Shown piece after piece: positions 8,386 to 17,031 of a DNA stretch of 32,241 nt; position 1 is the first letter of the stretch, and each line of letters starts with the position of its first letter. Source of the DNA: an uncultured Methanosarcinales archaeon. Its GTDB lineage: Archaea; Nanobdellota; Nanobdellia; Woesearchaeales; UBA119. Location of the stretch: positions 1 to 32,241 of the forward strand of contig CAZOKS010000004.1 in assembly GCA_964580745.1 (NCBI GenBank), read 5' to 3'. The notes under the pieces were generated by a model. That model saw only the letters and a list, made by a program, of their open reading frames with translations. It searched no databases and was not told the origin of the DNA. Both the position numbers and the translations under genes were made by a program.

Positions 8386-8394
8386 CACTGGAAA
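8386..8394. repeat. Right arm (CACTGGAAA) of the inverted repeat flanking the 175-aa gene
   Basis: It starts 4 nt after the stop codon of the 175-aa ORF. See 7808-7816 for the partner arm. Confidence 0.35.
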
Positions 8395-8498
8395 TAAGGG
8401 GGTGTATCTCTGTATACTATTTTATATCCTCTTTCTTGAAACAGGCAATTAATCACTTCAGAGATAGTTTTTTATAATCTCCCAACCTCACTAAGATT

Positions 8499-9461
8499 AT
8501 GAAGAAGGAAATCAAAGAAAAACTGGAGAGCCAGCATTATGGCTTTGCCGGAAAACATACAGCAGTGAAAATATGCACCTGGACCAAGAAGTCATTAAGG
8601 GATGAAGGCGTCTGTTACAAACAAAAGTTTTATGGCATAAAATCCCATAGATGCTGCCAGATGTCTCCCTCGGTAAATTTCTGCCAGAACAATTGCGTTT
8701 TCTGCTGGAGAACCCAGGAGGACACAGAAGGCTTTAAAGAGATGACAAAGGAACAAGCAGATAATCCAAAAGAGATTATAGACAAATGCATAGAAGCCCA
8801 GCGAAAGCTATTGACCGGATTTGGAGGCAACCCCAAAACCAATATAGAGAAGTTCAAGGAAGCCCAGAATCCAAATCAATTCGCCATATCATTAACAGGA
8901 GAGCCAACACTCTACCCCTATCTATCTGAATTAATATCAGAACTCCATAAAAGAAACAACACTACATTCTTAGTAAGCAATGGCCAATCACCTGATGTTT
9001 TGGAGAGAATCGAGCCTCCAACCCAGCTTTATATATCATTGGATGCTCCAAACAAAAAGACCTTCCTTTCAATAGACAGACCAAAATTAAAGGATGGATG
9101 GGAACGGTTAAACAAATCTTTAGAGGTAATGAATCAACTAGCTCAAAAAACCCGGACAGTAATCCGCATCACTTTGATTAAAGGCCTAAATGACATAGAA
9201 CCAGAAAACTATGCAAAACTCATTGAAAAGGCAAATCCGCATTTCGTTGAAGTAAAGGCCTATATGTTTGTAGGCGCCTCAAGGCAGAGGCTTAGCTTAA
9301 AAAATATGCCCTATCATTCATATGTTAAGGAATTCTCAGAGAGAATAACACGCCATTGTAATTATAAAATAATAGATGAAAAAGAAGAATCAAGGGTTGT
9401 CCTTTTAGGAGAAAATAAACCCAGAATCAGCCCAAAGATAGATTTTTCCAGTTCACATTAA
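8499..9461 (+). CDS. taw1: Radical-SAM tRNA 4-demethylwyosine synthase (Taw1/TYW1 family)
   Basis: 320 aa. HYGFAGKHTAVKICTWTKKSLRDEGVCYKQKFYGIKSHRCCQM supplies the auxiliary-cluster cysteines. The radical-SAM motif is CQNNCVFCWR. Confidence 0.9.
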   Translation: MKKEIKEKLESQHYGFAGKHTAVKICTWTKKSLRDEGVCYKQKFYGIKSHRCCQMSPSVNFCQNNCVFCWRTQEDTEGFKEMTKEQADNPKEIIDKCIEAQRKLLTGFGGNPKTNIEKFKEAQNPNQFAISLTGEPTLYPYLSELISELHKRNNTTFLVSNGQSPDVLERIEPPTQLYISLDAPNKKTFLSIDRPKLKDGWERLNKSLEVMNQLAQKTRTVIRITLIKGLNDIEPENYAKLIEKANPHFVEVKAYMFVGASRQRLSLKNMPYHSYVKEFSERITRHCNYKIIDEKEESRVVLLGENKPRISPKIDFSSSH

Positions 9462-9554
9462 CAGTTCTTGCTTCTACAATGTACTTTTTGTGTTGCCCGA
9501 ATCGACCCATTTATTCGATAACTTTAAATATCAGTTGATACTTAATAATATCAT

Positions 9555-10088
9555 ATGGCAAGGAAGAATATCAAGAAGATTATTAAAGAGTATTTCTTTG
9601 TTAACCCTAGTGCTAAATTTAGAGTGCGAGAGATAGAAAGAACCCTAAACCTTCCTTTACCTTCTGTTATAAGATATTGCAAAGAATTAAAAAATGAAGG
9701 CATCTTAACAACTATAAAAACTGGAAAAGTTGTTTTTTATACGAGTGACAGGGCAAATAATAATTTCCTTCTTGAAAAAAAGCTTTACAATCTAAAATCA
9801 CTTTACATTTGTGGGTTAGTAAATTTTTTAAGGTTTGAATTAAGTAATCCTGTAATTATCCTTTTTGGTTCATATGCAAGAGGTGAAGACATAGAAAACA
9901 GCGATATTGATTTGTACATAGAAACACCATCAAAAAAAAATGTTAACACAAAGAAATTTGAGGAATTCCTTAAGAGGGATATACAAATCTTCATACATAA
10001 GAACATAAGGGAAATAAAAAATAAGAATCTAGCCAATAATATAGTGAATGGCATTATGTTAAATGGTTTTATTGAGGTATTTAAATGA
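9555..10088 (+). CDS. Winged-helix domain fused to a minimal nucleotidyltransferase (MNT-type, antitoxin-like)
   Basis: 177 aa. The N-terminal wHTH-like segment is FRVREIERTLNLPLPSVIRYCKELKNEGIL. The NTase motif is GSYARGEDIENSDIDLYIE. The gene overlaps the next ORF by 4 nt (ATGA). Confidence 0.85.
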   Translation: MARKNIKKIIKEYFFVNPSAKFRVREIERTLNLPLPSVIRYCKELKNEGILTTIKTGKVVFYTSDRANNNFLLEKKLYNLKSLYICGLVNFLRFELSNPVIILFGSYARGEDIENSDIDLYIETPSKKNVNTKKFEEFLKRDIQIFIHKNIREIKNKNLANNIVNGIMLNGFIEVFK

Positions 10089-10498
10089 AGGAAGCATCTT
10101 GGAATGAGTGCATAGAAAATAATGCAGCAATAAAAATTTCAATTGATCGGGCAAGGGCAAACTCCTTGACAGAAACAGCCCAAGAAAGAATAAATCTCAT
10201 AAAAGAGATTAATGAAAAGAACTGCAATTTTGTATTTGAAGATTATTACACCTCTTTGCTTGAATTTTTGCAAGCGTTTGCTATTAAAAAAGGTTATAAA
10301 GTATTAAATCATCTCTGTCTTGGATATTATTTGAGAGATGTTCTAAAAAGAAGGGACTTATTCATAATGTTTGATGATATGAGGTATAAAAGAAACTCTT
10401 TAACTTATTATGGTAAGAAAATGGATTTTGAGAGTTGTAAAGAAGCTATTGAGAAATGCAAAAAGCTCATAAAAGAGATTAAAGAGTTAGGGATATAG
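10085..10498 (+). CDS. HEPN-domain protein, partner of the preceding NTase
   Basis: 137 aa, predicted all-helical, ending DDMRYKRNSLTYYGKKMDFESCKEAIEKCKKLI. That R....Y signature is typical of the KNTase-C/HEPN family. I see no canonical Rx4-6H RNase motif. The position and overlap match known NTase/HEPN pairs. Confidence 0.72.
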   Translation: MKEASWNECIENNAAIKISIDRARANSLTETAQERINLIKEINEKNCNFVFEDYYTSLLEFLQAFAIKKGYKVLNHLCLGYYLRDVLKRRDLFIMFDDMRYKRNSLTYYGKKMDFESCKEAIEKCKKLIKEIKELGI

Positions 10499-10665
10499 AA
10501 TAGATAAGAAAGAATTCACTTCAGCTCCATATAGTTCTTATGTAGACCATCCATTTTCTTTTATAAATTATTTTATTAACTTTCTATGTTTTATATATTA
10601 ATTCCAGTTATTTTGTTGGAAAGAATGCTTTTTATGTCTTTCTGGATAGACCCTAGCTTGAGAGC

Positions 10666-12570
10666 CTACTTAATCCTGATTACATCAAGGTTTCTTGGAG
10701 CGTATGTCTCAATCCTATAGGTTTTATGGATAGAACTTGCCAGATTGAGCGCCCTTGAACTCTCACCATGCACAACAATCGCCTTCTTAGGCCGCGGCTT
10801 AATATTTCTTAGATAGCTCATAAGCTGCCTTCTATCGCTATGCCCAGAGAGCCCATCAATTGTATATACCTTGCAATTAATTTGATATGTCTCCACATTC
10901 TTGCCGTTTGAGGAGAACCTAACCTCTCTTTCTCCCCCCTGAATCCTTCTACCAAGGCTTCCCTCACCCTGATAAGAAACAAATACAAGCGAATTCTTGG
11001 GATTCTCACAAAGACCTTTAAGATACTCCACACTTGGACCTCCAACAAGCATACCAGATGTAGCAAGGATGATGCAAGGACCTTCATCCTCAATAATATC
11101 CTTCCTTTCTTTATTAGAACCAACCCTGTTTATGTTCTTGGACAAGAAAGGATTATCATCCATGTTGAATATCTTTCTTTTTAAATCCCTGCTAAGGAAT
11201 TCAGGATAAGCAGAATGGATAGCAGTAATATCCCACACAATACCATCCACATAAATGGTAACCTCAGGCAGTTTTCCCTGCTTGATTGCCTCATCAACAA
11301 TAACCATGACCTCCTGAGCTCTTCCAGAACCCAACACAGGAATCAATGCCTTTCCACCATTTTCAATCGTTTCCTTAACAGAATTTACCAGAGCTTCATC
11401 AGCTTCCTTCTTTGGAGGGAGATTATTGTTTTTTCCACCATATGTGCTTTCAATAATCAAGCTTTCAACCCTTGGAAACTTGGTCTCAGCCGCCTCTAAA
11501 AGCTTGGAAGGCCCAAACTTCAAATCCCCTGTATAAACAATGTTATGGAAACCATTTCCAATATGGAGATGCACCAAAGAACTTCCCAGGATATGACCCG
11601 CATTATACAGAGTAATCCTTACATCAGGGGTAATATCGGTAACCTCATCATAATCAAGCGTAATGGTATGCTTAACCATCTCTTTAATATGATCTTGGGT
11701 ATATATTGGCTCCTTGCCTTCATATCTCATAATCTTCACAAAATCCAGGGCCAGCAAAGAAGCCACATCTCTTGTAGGTTCAGTACAGTATACAGGTCCC
11801 TTATATCCAAACTTGAAGAGATAAGGAATCAGACCGCTGTGGTCAAGATGGGAATGCGTAAGTATAACAGCGTCAAGCTCATTTATATTAAACTCCGGCG
11901 CCTCCAAATGAGGATACGCCTCAGAATCATTTGTGACATCTATTCCACAGTCCAACAAAATCCTGGATTCCGGAGTATGAAGGAACAAGCAAGACCTGCC
12001 AACCTGTCTAGCCCCTCCAAGATGAGAAACCCTAATCCATTCCTCTTTTCTTCCACGAAGCCAGCCATCATATACTCTATGGCCTACCTTATCAAGGAAT
12101 TTCTTCCTATAATCGGACTCCACGAAAAGAACCTTTCTTATGCCTTCGATAATCTTGGATCTTATAGGAGGCTCTCTTCTTACAATAGGCACCCAGAATG
12201 TCTTCTCCTTGATTTCATTCAAAAGCGAGCCCTGTTTCCCAATTGCAAGTCCAGGCTTCTCCGCCTCTATAATAACCAAAGACCTGGGAGGGTCAAACAG
12301 AATCTCCTTTACCCCAGCTTCCTCAGGAATAATAGATTTTATCTTCTCAATCGCAGCTTCCTGGTCAAAGCAAAGAGCAGGGTCTGGTCTCAACTCAATT
12401 CTCTTCTTGAATTCATCCACGATGCTTTTAATATCCGTATAACTCTCAAACAAATATTCCTTATCCTTAGTATAAAGAATGATGTTAGCGCCCTCAAATT
12501 TAGCATCGCTCACTTTATCATCTGGCAATCTATTTAGAATAGCCTTTATTATCTTGCTTTCATTTCCCAT
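10666..12570 (-). CDS. Archaeal CPSF1 homologue (KH-KH + metallo-beta-lactamase + beta-CASP RNase)
   Basis: N-terminal KH motifs (GLAIGKQGSLLNEIKE), then the MBL motif HSHLDHSG and a beta-CASP region. The ORF track starts at GTG 12579. The ATG at 12570 (MGNESKII) is more likely. Confidence 0.93.
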   Translation of the reverse strand: MGNESKIIKAILNRLPDDKVSDAKFEGANIILYTKDKEYLFESYTDIKSIVDEFKKRIELRPDPALCFDQEAAIEKIKSIIPEEAGVKEILFDPPRSLVIIEAEKPGLAIGKQGSLLNEIKEKTFWVPIVRREPPIRSKIIEGIRKVLFVESDYRKKFLDKVGHRVYDGWLRGRKEEWIRVSHLGGARQVGRSCLFLHTPESRILLDCGIDVTNDSEAYPHLEAPEFNINELDAVILTHSHLDHSGLIPYLFKFGYKGPVYCTEPTRDVASLLALDFVKIMRYEGKEPIYTQDHIKEMVKHTITLDYDEVTDITPDVRITLYNAGHILGSSLVHLHIGNGFHNIVYTGDLKFGPSKLLEAAETKFPRVESLIIESTYGGKNNNLPPKKEADEALVNSVKETIENGGKALIPVLGSGRAQEVMVIVDEAIKQGKLPEVTIYVDGIVWDITAIHSAYPEFLSRDLKRKIFNMDDNPFLSKNINRVGSNKERKDIIEDEGPCIILATSGMLVGGPSVEYLKGLCENPKNSLVFVSYQGEGSLGRRIQGGEREVRFSSNGKNVETYQINCKVYTIDGLSGHSDRRQLMSYLRNIKPRPKKAIVVHGESSRALNLASSIHKTYRIETYAPRNLDVIRIK

Positions 12571-12627
12571 TCTTCTCACATTAGAATCTATATTAGAATA
12601 AGAAGCTCGAAAGAACTCCTTACTGCT

Positions 12628-13275
12628 TTATATTGAAACCTTTATCTCTTTGTCAAGCTTAGTTTCAAAACCGTTCTTTGTTATAGCCACAATCTGTACG
12701 CCATTGCCAGTTGCAATATCCCTCTCCATTGCAGCCTTTAAAGACTTCTTAATAAGCTCCACGCCCTTATCTGTATCAATATCCTTCTCATATAATGTCT
12801 CCAGAACACCAAAGGCCATCACACTTCCGCTTCCAGAAGCAATGAAATCCCTTACTTCTGATAGAGAACCATCTGGATACAAATCATAAAGAGAGAATCC
12901 AGTTTCATCCTTCCCAGCAATCAAGAAATGTGTGATCCCTGGAACAGCTGAGAAATTCCTGATATTATGATATACAATTGTTGCTAAAAGGTTAGCAGAC
13001 TCCTTCAAATTAGGAATCCTGCCCATCTGAAGCTCCATCAGTTTTAACTCAGACCTAATAACCTTAACAAGAAGTTGAGCATCTGAAACACTCCCGGCAA
13101 TAGTAAGAGCCATATTTTCGTTTATCTTATGGATTTTGTTGGCTCGCTTATCAGCAATGAGATAGCCCGCAGTCGCCCTTCTATCAGCTCCTAAAACAAT
13201 GCCATCTTTACAGATGACTCCTACTGTAGTGGTACCAGTCTTAACTGAATATTCGTCTTTCCCCATTTGGCTCAT
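12628..13275 (-). CDS. psmB: Proteasome beta subunit with a short propeptide
   Basis: The active-site context is ...KTG|TTTVGVICKDGIVLGADRRAT. The track start at 13293 is TTG. ATG 13275 or ATG 13266 is more likely. A 7-bp hairpin (GGTTTGA-AAC-TCAAACC, 13280-13296) lies in the leader. psmB next to aCPSF1 is a conserved archaeal neighbourhood. Confidence 0.92.
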   Translation of the reverse strand: MSQMGKDEYSVKTGTTTVGVICKDGIVLGADRRATAGYLIADKRANKIHKINENMALTIAGSVSDAQLLVKVIRSELKLMELQMGRIPNLKESANLLATIVYHNIRNFSAVPGITHFLIAGKDETGFSLYDLYPDGSLSEVRDFIASGSGSVMAFGVLETLYEKDIDTDKGVELIKKSLKAAMERDIATGNGVQIVAITKNGFETKLDKEIKVSI

Positions 13276-13374
13276 CTCCGGTTTGAAACTCAAACCTAGA
13301 ATTCGTTATTAGATGGATAAAGATTGCCCTATTTAAAGTTTTTGCTTTTTTTGGGCTTTTTCTTTAAAAATAAA

Positions 13375-13447
13375 AGCCTCCGGCGAGAATTGAACTCGCG
13401 ACCTTTACCTTACCAAGGTAACGCTCTACCAGCTGAGCTACGGAGGC
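13375..13447 (-). tRNA. tRNA-Thr (anticodon GGU), no encoded CCA
   Basis: Hand-folded cloverleaf: GCCTCCG TA GCTC AGCTGGT AGAGC G TTACC TTGGTAA GGTAA AGGTC GCGAG TTCAATT CTCGC CGGAGGC T. An oligo-T tract follows the 3' end. Confidence 0.9.
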
Positions 13448-13471
13448 ATCTTAAACCAAGATTCTTAAATA

Positions 13472-13480
13472 CCTTAAAAA
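13472..13480 (-). promoter_or_regulatory. TATA box for tRNA-Thr (TTTTTAAGG on the minus strand)
   Basis: Centred about 29 nt upstream of the tRNA 5' end. The same TTTTTAA(A)GG word precedes tRNA-Arg. Confidence 0.55.
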
Positions 13481-13558
13481 TTTTTTGTTTTTTCCCAATG
13501 GACAGATTCTGAAAACTTATGCAATAGCTTTTAATACTAATTGATTTTTTTCCCCAAT

Positions 13559-15454
13559 ATGGATTTTTTTCCTTATAAGACCCTGAGGGACGGACAAAGC
13601 AAGATGATGGATTCAATCCATCAAGCTCTTAACAAGAAATCAAGTATTGTGATTAATGCTCCTACTGGAATAGGCAAAACATCGGCAGCCTTAGCTCCAT
13701 CTCTCAAATATGCTTTGGATAATGACAAGAAAGTTTTTTTTCTTACTTCAAGACAAACCCAACACACAATAGCACTTTCTACAGTAAAGGAGATATCCAA
13801 TAAAACTGGGAAGAACATAAAATGTATTGATATAATTGGCAGGCAGTCTCTATGCTTGATAGAAGGAATAGACAAACTCTATTCCAACGAATTCGCAGAA
13901 TATTGCCAGTCTGCCAGGAAAAACAGCTCTTGCCTTTTCTATAAGAATACAATCCAGAAGGATAGTTTAACAAAAAAAGCAGAGGAGGTTGCTTGGAAGA
14001 TAGAGAAAGGGGATTTTGCTTCCAGTTTTGAAGTAAAAGATGCTTGTGAATCCCCCAAATTATGCCCCTATGAAATCCTTATGAAACTTGCCAAGGATGC
14101 AAATATAATCATTGCTGATTATTACTATATTTTCAATCCTCATATCCGAATACCTTTTTTTAGCAAGATTGGTGTAGAGATTGAGGATGCAATAATCATT
14201 GTTGATGAAGCTCATAACCTTCCTCAGCGTATAAGAAGGGTAATGAGCTCCAGACTTACAAGCAACATGACCAAGAGGGCCATCCAGGAGGCTAGAAAAT
14301 ATCAGCTCAATGATTGCATCCCAGCAATATCAGAGATTCAGGACGCTCTTAACGAGCAAGTCAGAGAGTTAGAATTGGGCCAGGAGAAGCTTGTCAAAGG
14401 AGACTCCTTTATCTCCCGTCTAAATCTCTTCTTGGCATATGATGATATCATAGAGCTTTTGGAGGATGCCGCAGAAACAGTAAGACTCAAAGCCAAGCAT
14501 TCGTATATAGGAGGAATAGCAGAATTCCTCAATTCCTGGAAAGGCGATGATGAAGGCTTTGCTCGTATAGTATCCCTTGAATCCATAAAATCTGGAGAAA
14601 CCACAATGTTAAACTATAAATGCCTTGATCCAAGCATAGCTTCAAGAGAAGTGGCAGAAAGAGCTCATTCTGTTGTGCTGATGTCTGCCACCTTAACCCC
14701 GCCCGAGATGTATGCAACCCTTTTAGGCCTAGATAACGCAGAACTTCTTATTCTTGAAAGCCCTTTTCCTAAAAAGAATAGAATGAACCTTATTGTTCCT
14801 AAAACCACTACCAAATATACCCGAAGGAATGAAGCCCAATTCAAGCAGATGGCATCTGTTCTGACAAATATTGCAGAGCATGTTAAGGGAAATATGGCGG
14901 TTTACTTTCCCAGCTACTTTATACTTGGGAAGGTCAAGGCTTTCTTTGAATCCTTCAAGAATCGGGATAAATTCAGCAAGATAGCCCGAAAACCCCTGTT
15001 TTCAGAGTTTGGAGGATTGACAAAATCTGACAAGGAAGCCCTTATAAGCCGATTCAAGAACAGCAGTAAAGATGGGGGAATACTATTTGCAGTCGTCTCA
15101 GGCTCCTTTGCAGAAGGCATCGATCTTCCAGGCGACTATTTGAGCTGTGTTGTTGTAGTTGGCATACCCTTTCCCAAGCCTGATTTGGAAACAAAAGAGT
15201 TGATAAAATACTACAATAAGAAATATGGAAATGGAATGTTCTATGGCTATATCTTTCCTACAATGAACAAAATCATTCAGGCCTCAGGCCGATGCATAAG
15301 AACAGAGCAAGATAGAGGAGTGATTGTTTTCTTGGATGAGAGGTATGCTTGGCCCATATATCAACAATGCTTTCCTCCGGACTGGTGGATAGAGGTGACC
15401 GAGGATTTCAAAACGAAAATAAAGGACTTTTTTTCAAGCAATACAGAAGAATAA
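13559..15454 (+). CDS. xpd: XPD/Rad3-family Fe-S DNA helicase (SF2, DEAH)
   Basis: Walker A is NAPTGIGKTSA and the DEAH box is VDEAHNL. Four Cys residues form the Fe-S insertion (SLCLIEG, EYCQS, SSCLFY, KLCPYE). C-terminal helicase motifs are also present (FAEGIDLPG, QASGRCIR). The track start is TTG 13541. ATG 13559 (MDFFPYKTLRDGQ) is more likely. Confidence 0.9.
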   Translation: MDFFPYKTLRDGQSKMMDSIHQALNKKSSIVINAPTGIGKTSAALAPSLKYALDNDKKVFFLTSRQTQHTIALSTVKEISNKTGKNIKCIDIIGRQSLCLIEGIDKLYSNEFAEYCQSARKNSSCLFYKNTIQKDSLTKKAEEVAWKIEKGDFASSFEVKDACESPKLCPYEILMKLAKDANIIIADYYYIFNPHIRIPFFSKIGVEIEDAIIIVDEAHNLPQRIRRVMSSRLTSNMTKRAIQEARKYQLNDCIPAISEIQDALNEQVRELELGQEKLVKGDSFISRLNLFLAYDDIIELLEDAAETVRLKAKHSYIGGIAEFLNSWKGDDEGFARIVSLESIKSGETTMLNYKCLDPSIASREVAERAHSVVLMSATLTPPEMYATLLGLDNAELLILESPFPKKNRMNLIVPKTTTKYTRRNEAQFKQMASVLTNIAEHVKGNMAVYFPSYFILGKVKAFFESFKNRDKFSKIARKPLFSEFGGLTKSDKEALISRFKNSSKDGGILFAVVSGSFAEGIDLPGDYLSCVVVVGIPFPKPDLETKELIKYYNKKYGNGMFYGYIFPTMNKIIQASGRCIRTEQDRGVIVFLDERYAWPIYQQCFPPDWWIEVTEDFKTKIKDFFSSNTEE

Positions 15455-15543
15455 TCAACACACCTTAACAAAAGATTTAAAAACACATGCTTAATCCCTA
15501 CATACAGTCTTTTAACTACTTTTAGCGTAATTGGTGTTATAAA

Positions 15544-15852
15544 ATGAAGATTCCTAAGAAGATCAAGAAGTTTTGTCCGTATTGTAGGAAGCATGTTGAG
15601 GTTAGCGTTAAGCAGAATAAGAGGAAACAGCCCAGTCCTTTCAAAAGGGGCTCAAAGTATAGAGCTAAACTAAGAGGCCAAGCAAAGGGTCATGGCAACC
15701 TTGGACGATATTCTAAGCCCGCAGTAAGCCAGTTTAAGATGACCGGTAAAAAGCAAAGTAAGAAATATGATATAAGGTATCAATGTTCGGAGTGCAATAG
15801 ATTCTTCCTTCCTTCTAAAGGTAAGAGGACAAAAAGATTAGAGCTCGTATGA
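15544..15852 (+). CDS. rpl44e: Ribosomal protein L44e (eL42)
   Basis: 102 aa with Zn-ribbon cysteines CPYC...CSEC: KKFCPYCRKHVEVSVKQNKRK...GHGNLGRYSKP. Confidence 0.93.
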   Translation: MKIPKKIKKFCPYCRKHVEVSVKQNKRKQPSPFKRGSKYRAKLRGQAKGHGNLGRYSKPAVSQFKMTGKKQSKKYDIRYQCSECNRFFLPSKGKRTKRLELV

Positions 15853-15862
15853 GGTGATTTCA

Positions 15863-16045
15863 ATGCCATTTAGAGAGTCAAAATCAAGGTTTATCAAAGT
15901 AAGATGCTCAAAATGCAAAAATGAACAAATTTTGTTTGGGAGCGCTACAACTGTTGTTAAATGTCTGGTCTGTGGTAAAGAGCTTGCTTCTCCAACAGGA
16001 GGAAGGGCTCATATAAAGTCAAGGATACTGGAGACTTTGAATTAA
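15863..16045 (+). CDS. rps27e: Ribosomal protein S27e (eS27)
   Basis: Contains CSKCKNEQILFGSATTVVKCLVCGKELASPTGGRA. The track start is GTG 15854. ATG 15863 follows the SD GAGGTGAT. Confidence 0.9.
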   Translation: MPFRESKSRFIKVRCSKCKNEQILFGSATTVVKCLVCGKELASPTGGRAHIKSRILETLN

Positions 16046-16047
16046 GA

Positions 16048-16839
16048 ATGCTGTTTAGAAGATCTGGTTTTCCCCAGGAAGGAGAAATAGTACTTTGTCA
16101 GGTTGAGAAGTTCAGTAAGGGTTCTGTGTTTGTTTCTTTCTTAGAGTATGATGGGTTATCAGGTATAATCTCAATATCTGAGGTTGCTCCAGGAAGGATA
16201 AGAACAGTAAGGGATTATGTTAAGCAGGGCATGGTTATAGTATGCAAAGTTCTTAGGTCTATACCTGAAAGAAGGCACTTTGAACTCTCTTTAAGAAGGG
16301 TAAGCGAGAAGGAGCGCAAGAAAAAGCTTGACTTTATGAAACAGGAGCAGTCTGCAGAGAAAATAGTGGAGTTTGTCGCTGAGAAGCTCTCTGAGGATTT
16401 CCATAAAATGTATGACGCTATTACTGAAGATTTGTTCAAAGATTATTCGTCGTTATATGAGGCCTTTTATGATATCTCCATGGGCGAAAAGGACTTCTCA
16501 AAAACCAAAATCTCTGATGAAGCCAAAGAACTCCTAAAGAAAACAATCTCTGAAAGGATAAAGCCCAAGATAATGGCTATAGAAGGCTATTTTGTGCTCA
16601 CAACAACAGCAGATAATGGGGTAGAATTAATCAAAGAGGCATTCTCAAAAGCAAAATCGGTAAAGACCTCCTGTGCCCAGGAATTCAAAATCAGCTATTC
16701 GGGCAGAGGAAAGTATCATTTCTATCTTAGAGGCTCGGATTATAGGGAGCTGGAAGATTATCTCCAGAAGGTTGTAGAAACCCTTGAAGATTTTTCTAAG
16801 AAAAACAAGATGGAATTCAGCCTTGAAAGAAAGGGCTGA
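16048..16839 (+). CDS. Translation initiation factor aIF2 alpha subunit
   Basis: 263 aa. The N-terminal S1 domain is FPQEGEIVLCQVEKFSKGSVFVSFLEYDGLSGIISISEVAPGRIR. Helical and alpha-beta domains follow. Confidence 0.92.
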   Translation: MLFRRSGFPQEGEIVLCQVEKFSKGSVFVSFLEYDGLSGIISISEVAPGRIRTVRDYVKQGMVIVCKVLRSIPERRHFELSLRRVSEKERKKKLDFMKQEQSAEKIVEFVAEKLSEDFHKMYDAITEDLFKDYSSLYEAFYDISMGEKDFSKTKISDEAKELLKKTISERIKPKIMAIEGYFVLTTTADNGVELIKEAFSKAKSVKTSCAQEFKISYSGRGKYHFYLRGSDYRELEDYLQKVVETLEDFSKKNKMEFSLERKG

Positions 16840-16842
16840 GGA

Positions 16843-17031
16843 ATGTTAAAAATGGTCCATCACATAAAAAAATGCGCTGATTGTGGCATATATACCATGA
16901 AAGAGAAATGTCCAAAGTGCGGCAAGAAAACAGTATCGTCAAAGCCTGTGAAATACACACCATTCAGCAGACTTGCTTCATATAGAAGAAAGGCGCTCTT
17001 TGAAGAAAGAAAAAAAAGAGATTTATTATGA
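16843..17031 (+). CDS. nop10: H/ACA RNP protein Nop10
   Basis: 62 aa with Zn ribbon CADCGIYTMKEKCPKCG, then KPVKYTPFSRLASYRRK. Confidence 0.9.
   Translation: MLKMVHHIKKCADCGIYTMKEKCPKCGKKTVSSKPVKYTPFSRLASYRRKALFEERKKRDLL

Noticed and set aside
8393-8401. Orphan SD-like AAGGGGGTG right after the 175-aa gene. The same word precedes groEL and the 40-aa ORF.
   Set aside because: No ATG follows within a usable distance. The only in-frame option is a GTG inside the word itself, which gives a 16-codon ORF. I treat it as chance or as part of the right inverted-repeat flank.
11545-12537. 330-aa + strand ORF, plus the 100-aa ORF at 12140-12442
   Set aside because: Both are antisense to the well-supported aCPSF1 gene. 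The sequences are low-complexity, with no motifs, promoter or SD. The long open antisense frames are a side effect of codon usage in the sense gene.
13324-13512. 62-aa ORF at 13324-13512, and the 75-aa ORF at 24176-24403
   Set aside because: They run through tRNA-Thr and tRNA-Val respectively, for example ...ELNSRPLPYQGNALPAELRRH, which is simply translated tRNA sequence. They are artefacts.
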